Source of the DNA: Pavona decussata | Taxonomy: Eukaryota | Assembly: GCA_977016875.1 (NCBI GenBank) | Contig: CDRNST010000013.1 | Location: forward strand, 806,001-870,000 | Length of the DNA stretch: 64,000 nucleotides | Reading direction: 5' to 3' | Shown: in pieces, positions 37,633-51,163 of the stretch | How the letters are laid out: each line of letters begins with the position of its first letter | Numbering within the stretch: the first letter of the stretch is position 1 | Notes under the pieces: model-generated | Told to the model about the DNA's origin: nothing | What the model saw: only the letters and a program-made list of their open reading frames with translations | The model's database searches: none | Program-made: the position numbers and the translations under genes

Positions 37633-40019
37633 TTACAGATTTTTCCTGTATGTGGGCTCTGTCTCCTCAATTTTCAAGGTGATTACTTCTGGATCATCTA
37701 CATTGCGAATCTCCACTTTTTCCCCTTCTTTCATCATCACCCTGTACACCATGTCGTCTCTGAATAAAAGCCTTCAGCCACCACTGGTCTTCACAATGAA
37801 ACTGTTGAAAGAGAGATAATTGATTGAGAGAGATAATCTCCACTTTTTCCCCTTCTTTCGTCATCACCCTGTACACCATGTCGTCTCTGAATAAAAGCCT
37901 TCAGCCACCACTGGTCTTCACAATGAAACTGTTGAAAGAGAGATAATTGTTAAGCTTTTTTGTTTCTGAGTATTAAGGATGGTGCCTACAAATACCTTTA
38001 TACAGAGGTATTTGTGCGCAGTTTATTACTATGCGGAAAAAGAAGATCTTAGCAAGGGCTATGGGAATCAAAAAAGAACATTGAGGATAACAATGCATTT
38101 TTTATGCGATAAATAAGAAACAATAATTCTAAAAGTGACAAAATACCAAGGAATGTATGGCACTTATCACTATGAAGCTTTATTATCTCTGAAAAATGCA
38201 TGGTTACCCCAATTTCCTTTTAAAATACCAAGAACACTTGCTAAAATCTTATAAACCGCTCAAAAATATCCCTGTATTAGTAGGCACCACCCATAGGACA
38301 CCCAAGAGCTAGAGATGCGCAGAATGTATGGGCAATGATAAGCACAAGCGCTATCGTATCATCGACTTTCTTGTTTAAATGCCATCTTTTTTACAGGGAG
38401 CTATAAATAATTTAGCCATAAAAGGTTTAGTTGACACTTACATCAGGACAACCGCTATAGGTTCCAGGCCTTGAACATAACACAAAGTGATTTCTCCCCC
38501 CAGTCACATAATAATTGCCACTGCCTCTCAGATTTTTTAAAGATGGGAGACTTTACTTTGCCACTCATCCCCGTTGGAATTGTCCACTGAAAAATGCATT
38601 TATGGCTGCTTCGGATTGCTTTACAACACCTAACAATCCCTACCATAAACGCAAATTGTTCATTATTAGTTTTGTAGCTTTGTCTGCGCACAGTAATGTG
38701 TGTGTGAAATAGGTTGCCATTAACTTGTTACAAAATTGTTACCTCTTATTTGACCATTGCATACTCGCTACATTTCAGGTCACCCCCCAAATTAAGTCGA
38801 TCAGAATTACCAATACAGTCACTCACCCCCAGAAACTTCCTCCCGATAACACGGCCTATTGATTTTAAACTCTTGACTATCAAGCAAATCTGATAGTTAG
38901 CCCAAACCAACCACAAATGTTTAGGAAAACACAAACAACAAAAACCACAAAAGAACATCCCAGGATTTCGTACGGGAATTTTAGTGCACCTGTTTTAAAA
39001 TTCATGTCTCTTTTATGCGTTGACATCTCTTTCTTCCAATTTGTAAACATATTTTTCTTAACGCATGTTTTCGTTCTCTTGTAATTTTCCAAGCATTCCA
39101 CGAGCAATAAAAATAATCTCTTCATTCCATAAATTCAAAATTTCCCAGGATAATTTAAGCCGCGCTGTTAAATTACGCTACATGTAAGTATGTAGGTCTT
39201 GTACATAGCTATTCTCTACTATGTTTTATCCCACTTAACTCATATTAAGTTGAAAATGTTTTGGCCTGACCAGCCTTTATCCTTTGGGGGTGTCTAAGGC
39301 AACGTAGTGATGCCACAATACAGGTTTTAAGACACACCAGATATATATACTATATGTTTTTTTTTTTTCAGTTTCTCTTACCTACCCTGTCCGCACTCCA
39401 CAGAGTGCTTGCTTTTTCGGCTTGTAAAAGTTGAAGATGTCTGCTGCTGGTTTTCTGTGCGCTTTTGAACATCTTGCCGTCTTACATTATGGCAGCAGCC
39501 AGCCACTTTGCACTCCTCCATTGTTCTCTTGCAGGTCAAACAATGTGACAGCACTAGATATCTTGAGAGAGGGATCATAAAATATTGTTCAATGTTAGTT
39601 TGTTTGTTTTAGCCTGTTATTATGAGAGGATACGTCCTTGAAGACATCCTTAACTATTCTACAACAAAAGGCTACTAATTCGTGTACACCCTTTTTTTAA
39701 TAATCAAGAAGTAAAAATTCCCAACTGATTTAGCAGAAAAGTTGCGTTCAAATGAATTGATAAGTTTCTTGATAAGTTTTCCAATAATGATCCACATTCT
39801 CTAATAGATTTAGTCGACGCTTAAGATTGTTATTTCACATAGCCATATTTAGCAGTGATAACAAGTAAGAGTATAATCAACTTTCTCTAGAAGTGCGGTC
39901 ACCACGGTAAGGAGAACAACTTCCTGAGGCGGTATTTTTTTGGCTCCAAGTTACTTTGCGGCTTTTTTTTAGAGATATGTTAATTATTAAGATCTCATCT
40001 TCTTATTCTTTTCCAGGTA

Positions 40020-40051
<32 letters not shown>

Positions 40052-40974
40052 ATTTTTTTGGTTTTTCGCCATCCCCCTTCCCCTAACTCTTTTGATGTTC
40101 TCCTGTACGTATTAAAATTATTTTTCATGTGGTATATAAAACTAACAAAACGAAATTTGGTCACTCCAGTTCTGTAAACAAGAGAAAAATGCCCCCCCAC
40201 CCCCTCCCCCCAAAAAAAACAAATAAAAAAATAAGCATAGTTTTAGAAAGCCAATAAAACGTTTATCCATAACGTACAGTTTTAATCAAATGTCCGACAT
40301 ACTAACGCTGGTTTAGTTCAGCGCAACTGTAATGCAGAAACAAAAGATTAAGGCAAAATGTTGATAAATTACTGTTACCGCCATACCTTTCTACCATTAG
40401 TTCACAGCCCAGGGGGCAAGGGACTTTGGTCATATTGCAAATGGATTCTTTGTGCAATTCTTCTTTCTCGTGCTTCAATTTTAGGCCGCACTTGCATCTC
40501 ACTTCCCCTTTGGGGCATGTTTCCTTGTGCATTTCTTCCTCACTTCGTTTCATCATATCCTTACAAAGATCACACTCGACTTGAACTTCTAAACAGTGAC
40601 CGTCGTGGTCGGCCATGTCATTTAAGGCAACTTGTTCACTGCATCCTTTGCATTTAACCTTGATATTTTCTAACAACTGCTCCACAAAAATATTCCGGGA
40701 TAAACCAATCCTTCTTTGCTGTCGGCACTTGTGGCAGGTTTTGTTGCCCTGTTTTTTAAGTGCCTCAGATCAGTGACCACAAATTGAGTGGCCACATGGA
40801 TTGGAAGTTTGTGCATTAACCATTGGATACGTACTGCAACAAACACAAGAAAATACTCTCAATCGGTTTTTGAATTGAAAAGAAAACTTCAGTTTTCTTG
40901 ACTTACCAAACCTCGCAAGCAAATTCTTGGCAGAAATCGCTCAAATTGATGCTGTCGAAAACTTTTCGGGACAT
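37633..40974 (-). pseudogene. RING (C3HC4) + TRAF-type zinc-finger gene, 4 predicted exons, disabled
   Basis: CEVC...CGHSICGH*...CHKC; repeated C..C...H...C fingers; GT-AG introns; TGA at 40770-40772, apparent frameshift in exon 3. Confidence 0.7.
37709..37950. repeat. 127-bp tandem duplication covering a splice acceptor
   Basis: ATCTCCACTTTTTCCCCTTCTTTC at 37709 and 37836. Confidence 0.85.
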
Positions 40975-42198
40975 GATTATACTGGGACTGCCACGTCAAC
41001 AATGTAATGCGACACGGAAAGAGGATTTGATTAGCTGTGATTAGTTGAACTGTGCTTTAGCAAGTTAATGATAAACGGAGTGATGATCAAACCAGATGTT
41101 CTTTTTCATGTACAACTCTGCAAATTTCTGCCACTTTCAACATTGTAACGTGATCAACAGTTTGTTGATATAAAAACGTAGTTTGGCAGTTAAAACATGG
41201 GTGATGTGCCAATTTTGATTGGTCCTGGTAAAAGGAAAACTGCTCGACGGTGCCTACTTCTGCCCATCTCAGATACTCAGGTTTCCTATGTGTGGTGCCT
41301 CCTAATACGGGGATATTTTTGAGCGGCATTTATGCGGAGAAATCAGAACTTAGTAGGTGCTTTTGTCATCAAAAAAGAAAATTAGGATCTGCTTTTCCCG
41401 CTTAGTCATAAGCTGTGCAAAAAAGGACCTTCGGTATTAGTAGTCATCGCCCTCAATAACTAAGCAGTGAAAACATTAATTACCAGTTTAGTCAGGATTC
41501 GATATACACGGGAAGTGCAAAAACGTAAACTTCGTTTTACTGCAAGTTCTAGCTCACAATAACTGTGCTAGTATTTCAGAATTAAATTAGACAGACCAAA
41601 TTGTGAAATGGTATAGAAAGAACAATTACGTATCTTTCGAGACCTCAAAAATACCACTGAATTGAAGCACATAGACCGTTTTCAATTGGGCCTCAAAATA
41701 ATTAAATTCGCGTTTTGTTTTGGTTTTGTTTTACTTCGCTCTGTGATTGGTGTAGATAATTTGCGCCATTGTCTAACTCAATCAGATGAAAAATAACTGC
41801 CTGATGTGTTTTCTTTTGCTTAGCGCTCAAAGCTTGTACTTACTCGTTTTTTTTTTTGACCCGGGGAAGGGGGTGTTGGGGGAGGGCCTTATGATTTTTT
41901 TTTGTTTTGACTTTACAATCATGACCTCGAATGAAACCGTTCTTATCTGTTGCATTACAAATTAATTTACTAAATGTGCGTATGGGTGATTTCATAAGTG
42001 TCAAGAATTTTTAATGAGGCAAGTATGGAAAAAACAATCATAATAGCAATTAAACTTAAAGAAGATATTTCAACTGCCTTTGTTGCTACGGTGTCAGCTC
42101 TGATTATCCTGTTTATTAATTCCTGAAGCCTTTTAGTATGGACCAAAAAAACGCGATTAGTAAGATGTCTGGGTAATCGGGCATGCGGGAAAGGAAAC

Positions 42199-42614
42199 TA
42201 CAGCCAAGGCTCTTGTAAGTGACCACCTCAGGAATTGGAAAAAGTGGTCGTAACGAGAGCTGGTCACTTACAAGAATGCACTCTCTTAAGCGACCAATAG
42301 CTGAAACAATAGAAGCTGGTCACTTACCAGAGCTTTTGGGATAAAGCTTTCTACCGCTGTCTCAGGGTAACACTCTTGATTCAGCAGTAAATCATCTTGA
42401 ATTTTATATTGAAGATCTTTATTTACCAACGAACATCATTAGGCAGTGCTATATTACTGTAAATGTGGTCACGAAGTGTATACTTTTATTTAAGACTTGG
42501 CCTAGTTCGTATCAGAATCTTTGATTACTGGACAATTCAAACAGGGTCTCACAATAATGGTCGTAACTAGAGCTGGTCGCTTATGAGAGTGGTAGCAAGA
42601 AGAGCTTCCAATGT
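42199..42614. mobile_element. TA-flanked Tc1/pogo-like MITE (related relic at ~7740-8053)
   Basis: TACAG...ATGTA ends; repeated GGTCGCTTA/GGTCACTTA motifs. Confidence 0.5.
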
Positions 42615-43504
42615 AATTGCGAACTACAATGTAGTACAAGTAATGCAAAACTTAACCAATTCCTTTGTTTTTTGGCGTCATAAATGAAGCATGTTGAAAT
42701 TTTAGGACAGTATGAGTTATGTTCTTAAGCCAGTTCCTTGTAGGGTATTATTGTTCACTGGCTATAGTATTGGGCTTCCTGTTTTAAGACAGTCGCTCAT
42801 CCCCAGTGGTTATGTAATCGGTTGCAAAAAGAGTGCGCCTAGTTAGGCTAACCATTGACAGTGAGGAAGCCCAAGAACCAGTGGGGTCCAAGAAGTTGCT
42901 TAGAGAGAAGGCTATAGAGCCACAGGCGTGCGGAATTATAAACAAATGAATAATGTGCTATTGCTATGGGATTTTTGCAATATGAGCTTCCTGCACTATA
43001 AAAACAGAGGAATACCATGAATGCAGTTTTTGCTGTGTGCACAGGGCAGGTTTGTATCCCTCCTCTGATTCTCGAGTCAAGGGAGGGAGGGGAGATGCTG
43101 CGATATTTGTGGTATATCGTTATGTGGTGCTGTGAGGGTAGGATTTTTTTGAGCAATGTAGTGTGGGACTTAATTAAACTAACTAAATGTCTCCGGTTTG
43201 AGTTATTGTTTTAAAGTTCATTTCCGTATACTTGCGTTACTTTTCCGTGGGTATTTGTAATGCTTGACGATAAGCTTGACTGCATGGCAGCGGGGAAATG
43301 GCCTGAATTACAGCTGTTGGTGTAGAAATACCGGGTTTTATCAGAAATTGGTAGTGGAAAAATTATAAAGTAACTGTTATGAGAATTTTACCAGAATATT
43401 CGGCAGAAAAACAAACTCGAATAGGCCATTTTTTTGTTGGTTGGATTGGCTACTCTACTACAAGCGAATGCTACCTGATTTTAGCTAACTCGGCTAGCAG
43501 GAAA

Positions 43505-44722
43505 CCAAAAACGTTTGCAACATCATGCATTGTGGCACAAAAAATTATTGTCTTTGGAGATAATCAATTCCTTTCTTTGATAATGTCTATTAACCATCCA
43601 AGGTAACCAAGCTGGTCAGTCTTAGTAGTTTTTATCACAGAGAACCTGATGTTCTCACGGGTCGGACTTATGTTAAGCATCACAGTGTTCTCTCCCATGG
43701 CAAGCTGCTGCATAATTGTGGTTTGCATCTTCTTTGTGGCAGTTCCTGTAATTGCTAAAAGGGGTACACCTAGAAAAATAAAAGGAAAAACATATCAGAG
43801 AAATTAGGCAAATAATGTTTAACTGATTAAAGCACAGACCCAACTTTTATTTCCAGTTACAATTTATTTTCCGTTAGTTTTGTGTATGGTATGGTATGAT
43901 AATAAATTTGAAAACAAAAATAAATCTAATTTAAAGGAAAACTAGAATTTAACTGCAACATATACATGCTTGAAACTTATTTGTTACATAGTATTATGTT
44001 AATGCATGCAGAAAAAGGTATAAATCTTAAGGAAAATCTCACTACATGTTATAATCAGCATGGATCTACATATTAGGATTGTATCGATAATAAGTATTTG
44101 TCATGCAATGTAAATCTGGACAACAAGTCAATACAGGATTCAATGTTCATTTGCAAACAACTTACGGAATTTACAACATAGAGGTATACAGATGAAGAGA
44201 GGCTGAGCTTCTTAAGTGACCAGCTTTGCATCTTATAGCTTACAAACAAATCAAAATCGAAATACGAAAAATTAAACAGTAAAACTTCTAAGTTTGGATA
44301 AACAAAATAATTGCTAATACGTACCACTACAAAAGGATCGAAGAGTTGACAGTTTGCCAAAATCTTTTCTAAAGGCTTCTGAAACCCTCTTTCCTCTCTT
44401 CTTGCCCTTTCCCCTGAAGTGTAAGATAGTTCTCATAAAATTAAAATCTCAGTAAAGGGTTCGCTGAGCTAGCTTAAAATAATATATGCAAAGACATCGC
44501 ATGGGGAATTCATCGTGTGCGATTTTGTTAAACAAATGAAAGGCAAAATTTAAAATGTGACATAAATTGTACCACTGATCCCAAAAATGACCTCTTATCT
44601 GCTAGAAAGCAGTTAACTTTCCATTTCTCGCCACTTACCAGGTTTCCACTGTGTGACTTTCGTCCACCACGATCAGCGACAACGATTTCTTGAGCTCGGA
44701 GGAGTCGTCCTTTAGCAACAGG
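43505..44722 (-). pseudogene. RecQ-like SF2 helicase relic, 3 exons (AcademH/KolobokH-type)
   Basis: Exon to 44639: LIVVDESHTVETW; exon 44413-44325: EAFRKDFGKLSTLRSF; exon from 43769: GVPLLAITGTA...SPTRENIRFSV...PKTIIFC. Confidence 0.8.
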
Positions 44723-46407
44723 TACAGTTCCTCTATTTTTCTCGCCCCCACCCCGTAGAGCTATAATCCCCGACGCCCGCCCCCTCGGTACATCTAAAAA
44801 TCAAAATGGCTGCCATTAACGCTAAGATGCGCTTGATCTCGACGATCACACGGAAAAATAGGGGACTGTGAACAGTCTAAGAAAAATTACTAGATGCACT
44901 ATTTGTCAAGAAAAAAAATGATTGCAAAAGGGATAAATATTACATGTAAGATCTTATTATCATTTATGGATTGAAAAAGGATTACCATTCACCTTCAAGA
45001 AATTAGGGAATTGCTCTTCGTGTGCCTGTTGTGTGCTAACAGCTTTTCGGTGGGCATTACTAAATCACAAAACATCAGAACTCTGGACACCCGAAACAAA
45101 AAATATTCCAAATCCCACAACCATCTTTTCTCCTCTTTTCTTTTATAACTAGTGCTTCATACCAAGCACAATTGACGTAAAGTGGAAAATGAAGTACAGC
45201 CCTAGTAGGTGCAGTGTATTATACATATCTTAAAGATATGTTTCTTACACTTTCTAACAGTTTTGTCCCGTGTTTGTTTCTTTGTAAACGACGTGCTGAC
45301 CATGCCTACTCTGCAAAACATGTTTTACTAAAAACTAGCTATCATATGGTATACCGACAGTATAATGGTACATGAGCTCATAAACCATGCATAAAAAATA
45401 TGGTAGGTGTATGCATCTTTTGCACTGATTGTAGCCAATTGTCAGGTATTCCTTCGAATGTTTTTAATAAAACAGTTACTCGACTTGTGCTTGTTGAATA
45501 TGAGGTACGCTCAAGGAATAATTTCTAATTATAACACATCATATTGGACTGAGTAAACATCCATGGCATGGATCCCAACATATTACTGAAAAGAGGCAGT
45601 CATTAGATTTTAAACATTTTCGTTTCAATTTTTGTCTGTTTCAAATTGGCGTTTTGTTTTGGAGTCTTGTGGTTTAGTGATGTGCGCCTTATCCATTGAT
45701 CTTATACATGTAATTACCTTTTGCTTTCTTTCCTGAGTGTTTGCTCTTTTCAACAGCTGCAGTCACCAAAAAAAGGAAAAAAAACAGTGTTTTCATTGAG
45801 CGACATGAAACAATATGTTTTTGCCTTGATACTGGGTTTTTGTCTGCATAGTCACTGAAACTTGCAGCTCATTTGCACTTTAAATCTATTGTAATTATTA
45901 CAAAAAAGGTGTAAACTAAGAGAGCATGCATGATGTGGCGTGACATTGCTTTGAATTGCCTGCGCAGTAAGGATGTGCAGAAACAATTAACGCAAAGGTC
46001 CTTAAGTGTAGAATGCTGTTTATAACAGTGAATTGAAACTTTCTCTCCTGGCACCCATGCAATTCTGATTAAACAAGCAATAGTTACTTAATAATGAAAC
46101 AGTATAAAACAAACAGGGGATAAATCTTTGTTGCAGTTAATACCAGTACATGTTTCTTGCAGGGCTGCAAATAACTGTCGGTTATCGGACAATGGGCAAC
46201 CAAAATTTGCCATAGTCCGACGAGATCGCAACCTTGGTCAGACATTTTTTATGGCCAATTTTTTGTTCCAAAAACTATAAGTAAATACAAACAAAATTCT
46301 GATAAAATAACAACGTGCTCTCAAGTACGCATGTGGAAATGAAATACATCAAAGCTGATGAAATCCGAAACCAAAACAACAGAAACAATCGATTTAAGAA
46401 ATACCTT

Positions 46408-48425
46408 TGTCCAGTTATGAGGCCGTTGAACTGGTCTCAGGTCTTAATAACGTCTTAGTGAAGCTTGTTGAGCACAGAAAATCCTAGGCTTATCGAAACA
46501 ATCTAAACCTAAGCGAACACGTTTTTCTCACAACACGTGCTAGGAATCTTGGGAGATTACCCAAACGTCTCTCTTGGCTTAACGATTAGCGAAAGCTACA
46601 CACCTCCCCAACAGGGGGAATCCTCTGTTCAAATCACGAAAAAACAAAAATGTCATTGATATAGAAACAATCTAGTCCGGTCCAATAACAAACAGAACAT
46701 GACAAATCCTTAAAGTTCTTAATGTCTTAATTTCCTCAATACTAATCCACTGACTCTTGAGACTCCTTGACGGGAAATTCGTGGTCTTGGGTACAATCAA
46801 CACCAACTTGTGAATCGGTCTCTTTAAGCGCAGAACTTCATGTGTCCTTCGACCACGACTGTCTAGAAGATATGTTCCGATAGCTACGGTCACCTTTCGG
46901 ATGCAGCCATCATCACTGGGAAGTGTCTCGTCAACTCGAGCAAGCTTCCACTGATTCCTTGGGAGGTCATCATCTCTCACTAGAACTATGTTACCAATCT
47001 TGAGGTTTCGTTGTGGTTTGATCCATTTCTGACGTGTTTGCAGCGTTTGCAAGAATTCCCTCCTCCATCTATTCCAAAATTCGTTTGCTAGATGTTGCAC
47101 CCTTCGCTATCTCTTTCTTGAGTACAAGTCCGCCCTTTGAAAAACACCAGGAGGCGGCATCAACACCTTCACTTTCATTGTAAGGAGATGATTCGGCGTT
47201 AATGGTTCAGGGCAATCTGGCTACATGTTGTAGTGAGTGGTCTAGAGTTGACAATGTTCTGCACCTCCTTCATGAGCATACGGAAACTTTCATCATCTAA
47301 CTGAGGACCGGACTCTTCAAGTAGTGCTGCCAGAACACTTCGCACCGTTCTTATTTGCCTTTCCCATGTGCCGCCCATATGGCTTGTGGATGGCACGTTC
47401 ATCTTCATTTCAAACCAGTCACAGTTTTCCTTAAGAAGGTGATTCTTCACCCTCTCCTGATCTATCTCTTCAAGCGCTTCAGCTAACTCACGTCTTGCTC
47501 CAACAAAGTTAGTGCCACGATCGGACCTGATCTGACATACTGGACCTCGTTCAGCCAAGAAGTGGCAAAGTGCATTTATGTACGAATCGGTCTCCAGTGA
47601 GTTTGACGTCTCGATATGGACTGCACGGGAAGACATACATGTAAATAACACGCCATGACGCTTGACTTCTTTACGACCTTCCTTGATGCTGAATGGACCA
47701 AAATAGTCAACTGCACTGTAGGTAAACGGAGGAACTGCTTCGTTTCAATCTGTGGCGAGGTCTGCCATCTTCTGTAGTTGACCAGGTGTTCTAAGCTTTC
47801 GACAAATGGTGCACTTTGATACGTAGCTGCCTACTGCGGATGTACCACCGATTATCCAATATCCCTGCTGGCGGGATTCGTTGTGGGTCATTCCACTGCC
47901 TTGGTGCCTTGTAGCATGGTGGCAATCTTGGATTATCAGCTCAGTAACATGGGATCCTCTTGGCAATATAACTGGGTGTTTGATGTCTTCTGGCCTGTTA
48001 GCTCTTCTAAGGAGGCCGCCAACTCGCAGGATTGCTTCGGCGTCAAGATACGGGTCTAGATGATGAATACAACTGGTTTTCTTCAGACTTGTGTCCCGCT
48101 GTTGGGCAGCTCCTCTATCCATGAATTCTCCATCAACATTCAGTGACCGCACTGGTCTAATTTCTTCTTCAAAGTGTTCGTGCTGGACACTACGGATAAT
48201 CTCTCGCTCTGCTTGGGCTAGGGTGTCCACATCTGGACTTTGTCGGTGCGCACTGGGAGCTTCAGCAAGCTTGCATTTTGGGGTGCACAAGGACTCTTTG
48301 CTCTTTCTTTCCTTTAAGCGATACTTCAGTAATAAACAATGCCACTGCATTCTTGGCTCTGAACCAGTTAGAGAAGGTGTCCAACCTACTACTCTCAAAA
48401 TTTTGTTATCTTCTGCTAGATCTTG
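46408..48425 (-). mobile_element. BEL/Pao integrase region with PPT and 3' LTR
   Basis: LRVGG, HPVILP, H..H/C..C, LFTCMSSRAVHIE, SDRGTNFVGA, GGTWER, FWNRWRREFL; PPT GGGGAGG then TG at 46600; lower LTR end approximate. Confidence 0.88.
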
Positions 48426-48429
48426 CAAG

Positions 48430-49022
48430 TGTATATATTGACGAGAAAGACCTTGAACTTATCACTGTAATCAGTAAAGGGCAGTTTGGTCGTGTACATA
48501 AGGCCTTTTGGAAAGGTCTTAAAGTTGCAGTTAAGGAGATTCCAAAGGGCTATGGTGATCCAGACCTCGCCAAGGTTGACATCTGCAGGTAAGGAAATAT
48601 TGAGCTATAAAAGCTGTAAACCATCTGCCATACAAATAAGATGAAATCATCCAAATTCACTGTCCATGACAGGTGTGTCTCACTATAGATAGTCAACTTA
48701 CACTGTGAAATACTTTTTGGACGAATTATTTAATTAAGTGTGAAATTCGATCATTGAGTGATAAAGCATTATCTAAAGCCCTGGCAAAACGTTCTAAAAC
48801 CCTGAACAAATGGTGATTATTGTTGATGATAGTTGGAACGAGCGCTCTCGTTTGACCAGCAACCATTACTAGTGACGTGCTGAAAACTAAGGCACTGTTC
48901 ATCAATGTCATCCTTCTTTTTCACAGGCGCTTAAGACATCCAAACGTTGTGATGCTGTTTGGGCACACAATGACAGACAACGACATACTCATCGTTATGA
49001 GTTATATCAAAGGTTGCAATCT
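48430..49022 (+). pseudogene. TKL-type protein kinase N-lobe fragment, 2 exons
   Basis: ISKGQFGRVHKAFWKG..VAVKEI; AG|GTAAGG donor; CACAG acceptor then LRHPNVV. Confidence 0.75.
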
Positions 49023-49851
49023 GGCAGTGGCACATGGTCTGGCGAAACCAACAGTTCATTGGATAAACTACCAAAATACTTAATTAAATTAAACAATTAA
49101 AAAAATTACCCCGTTTCTTTAGAAATATGTCCTTGCCCACATCAACTTGGCTGTCATGGCTGTTTGAGTCAACTGAGACAACTGCAGGTCATTCAGCACC
49201 TTCAGACTTAAACCGGGTGGGGGCATACTTTGTGGCATCATTGAAACACCCCTGGTCCCATAGGGGTGTTGGGTTACTGTGCTGTATAACAGTAGGAGTC
49301 TTGTGAGGTGCATGTAAGTGCCAGCAGCATTTGTGTTGCTCATGATCATTTGTCTGCTTGTCTCTTGTACGTTTTGTGCCATAGCTGTGTGACATGTCTG
49401 ATGACTCACTCTTTGGCTTTAAACAGAACACAATAAGACAAGAAGTACAGTAAATGATCTATCGAACACTCAGGGGACTTTACTAGATATACATACACCT
49501 TAAATATTCGATGGTTTGGCAGATAATATGCGCACATATTGTACGAGTTGAATGCAATGAGTGGAGGGTCCGCAAGTATTATCTGTAAAACCATCGAATA
49601 ACATTTACGTGCGCACCTCAAAACCGGTCAAACCGGGATGGTACAGTGCAAAATGGGATTCTACTGTGTAATACCATGATGCTTGCATATTTTGCGTGTT
49701 CTCTTACCCTAATATAGTAAAATGACGCAATATCGGAAAAATGAAGCTAGACTTTTATTAGAGAGAGGTGTTTATTTTCCTCTTTTATTTTCTCTGGTAG
49801 CACTTCCTTTGTATCGGAGTCTAGTAAAAAATTAGAAATAAATAACCAAAT

Positions 49852-50250
49852 TATTAATTACTGGATGAGGTTGAGCAAAATGTTGTGATTTGTCAGTGTC
49901 AAGCAGATTGATAAATTGCTGAAGCAGAAGGACGAGGCAAATAATTGATCTCCGAGATGTTGACAAATCACGATGATTTGCGATAACTGAGTCCAATAAT
50001 ACTTATAATACTTTGTTTTCATAGCTAAATCACTCTATGACAAATCAGGGAAGTAATCTGCCATTACTTGTTTTCTACTAGAGTGCGGTTACAATTACGC
50101 ATGGGCAGTTTTTTTTTTCAGCACGCACACATTTGGATGGTACTAGATGTACATGCATGAGCAGACCATCATTTGTAGCCAGTTATTTGTAGGCCACGTG
50201 TTGGGATCTTGGTCAATGAAAAGAAAAAACCTACATCGATTGATAATACA
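49852..50250. mobile_element. Non-autonomous element with long terminal hairpin (Crypton-like)
   Basis: TTGTGATTTGTCA...TGACAAATCACGA imperfect palindrome 49880-49975. Confidence 0.45.
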
Positions 50251-50392
50251 AATTATTTATTTGAGAACATGAAGTTAGTTTCACACTGTTAATACATACC
50301 CGGCATAACTAAATGAGCCATTGACGAAGCATGAAATGAGGAACATGTAAAAACAAAAATAATAAAAACCAAACATCCAATTTCAAAACTCA

Positions 50393-51163
50393 CCCATTAC
50401 AATTGGCTGTAGAACAGTGATATTTGTTTGAATCATCCAAAGGCAAAAGCGCAAGGCATTTTTCACAAATGTCATAAACATGCAGTTCGTACTTCCCACA
50501 CACTTCTTGTATTTTGCAGTGAGTAAGTGTTCTGAAGGTTTCGTTTTCAGGACAAGCGGTTTTGATCAAATCTATCATATCTTTAGCAGCTTCGCTGGTG
50601 ATACAATGTCTTGAAACGTACGACAGAATAGCCATGCAAGATTTCTCTTGGTCAGAGAAAGAACCAGCAAGTGAACTGTCGTGATCAGAACTCATCTTCA
50701 TCGGATGTGTCATCATCATCGCCATCGTTGTCACTGTCTGACTCGACTTCACTTCTGCTTACAATATCCTTGAATGAATGGCCATCATTGTCCATGTCGG
50801 AATCTTCACTGTGATCCAAGAATGGAGATTCTGTCAGTGATTCCGACTGAATATTTCCCTCCACCGATTCTGTATTACCTATTTGGGTATATTCGGGTTC
50901 TCTACTGACGCTTGATGCATAAGACTCAACAGATGCAGCGAATGTACATGTAGCTGTGGTCAGTTTGTGGTCAGGTAAAGAAGTTTTTGAACGTTTTTGA
51001 TTAAATCTTGTTTTCCTTAGAATTGATAGACTTGAATCTTGGATGTATAGCTTGTATTTTCTTTTAAAGGGACCTAAAGAACACCAAACTGTCGTTATAA
51101 GTTGAATACCACAAGAAAACAGAAAGAAGTGCTATATACTAGTAAATAGCTTACCTTTTCCAT
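50393..51163 (-). pseudogene. EnSpm/CACTA transposase N-terminus
   Basis: ATG at 51163, short intron, RKYKLYIQD; AILSYVSRHCIT..A..D...LI....P; ICEKC...C....C; GG|GTGAGT donor. Confidence 0.65.

Noticed and set aside
40770-40772. Selenoprotein RING domain
   Set aside because: An additional frameshift and stop in the same gene point to decay; no SECIS identified by eye.
24069-48425. One BEL element joining gag-pro (24-26 kb) and integrase (46-48 kb)
   Set aside because: Order is wrong for the minus strand and the LTR sequences differ.
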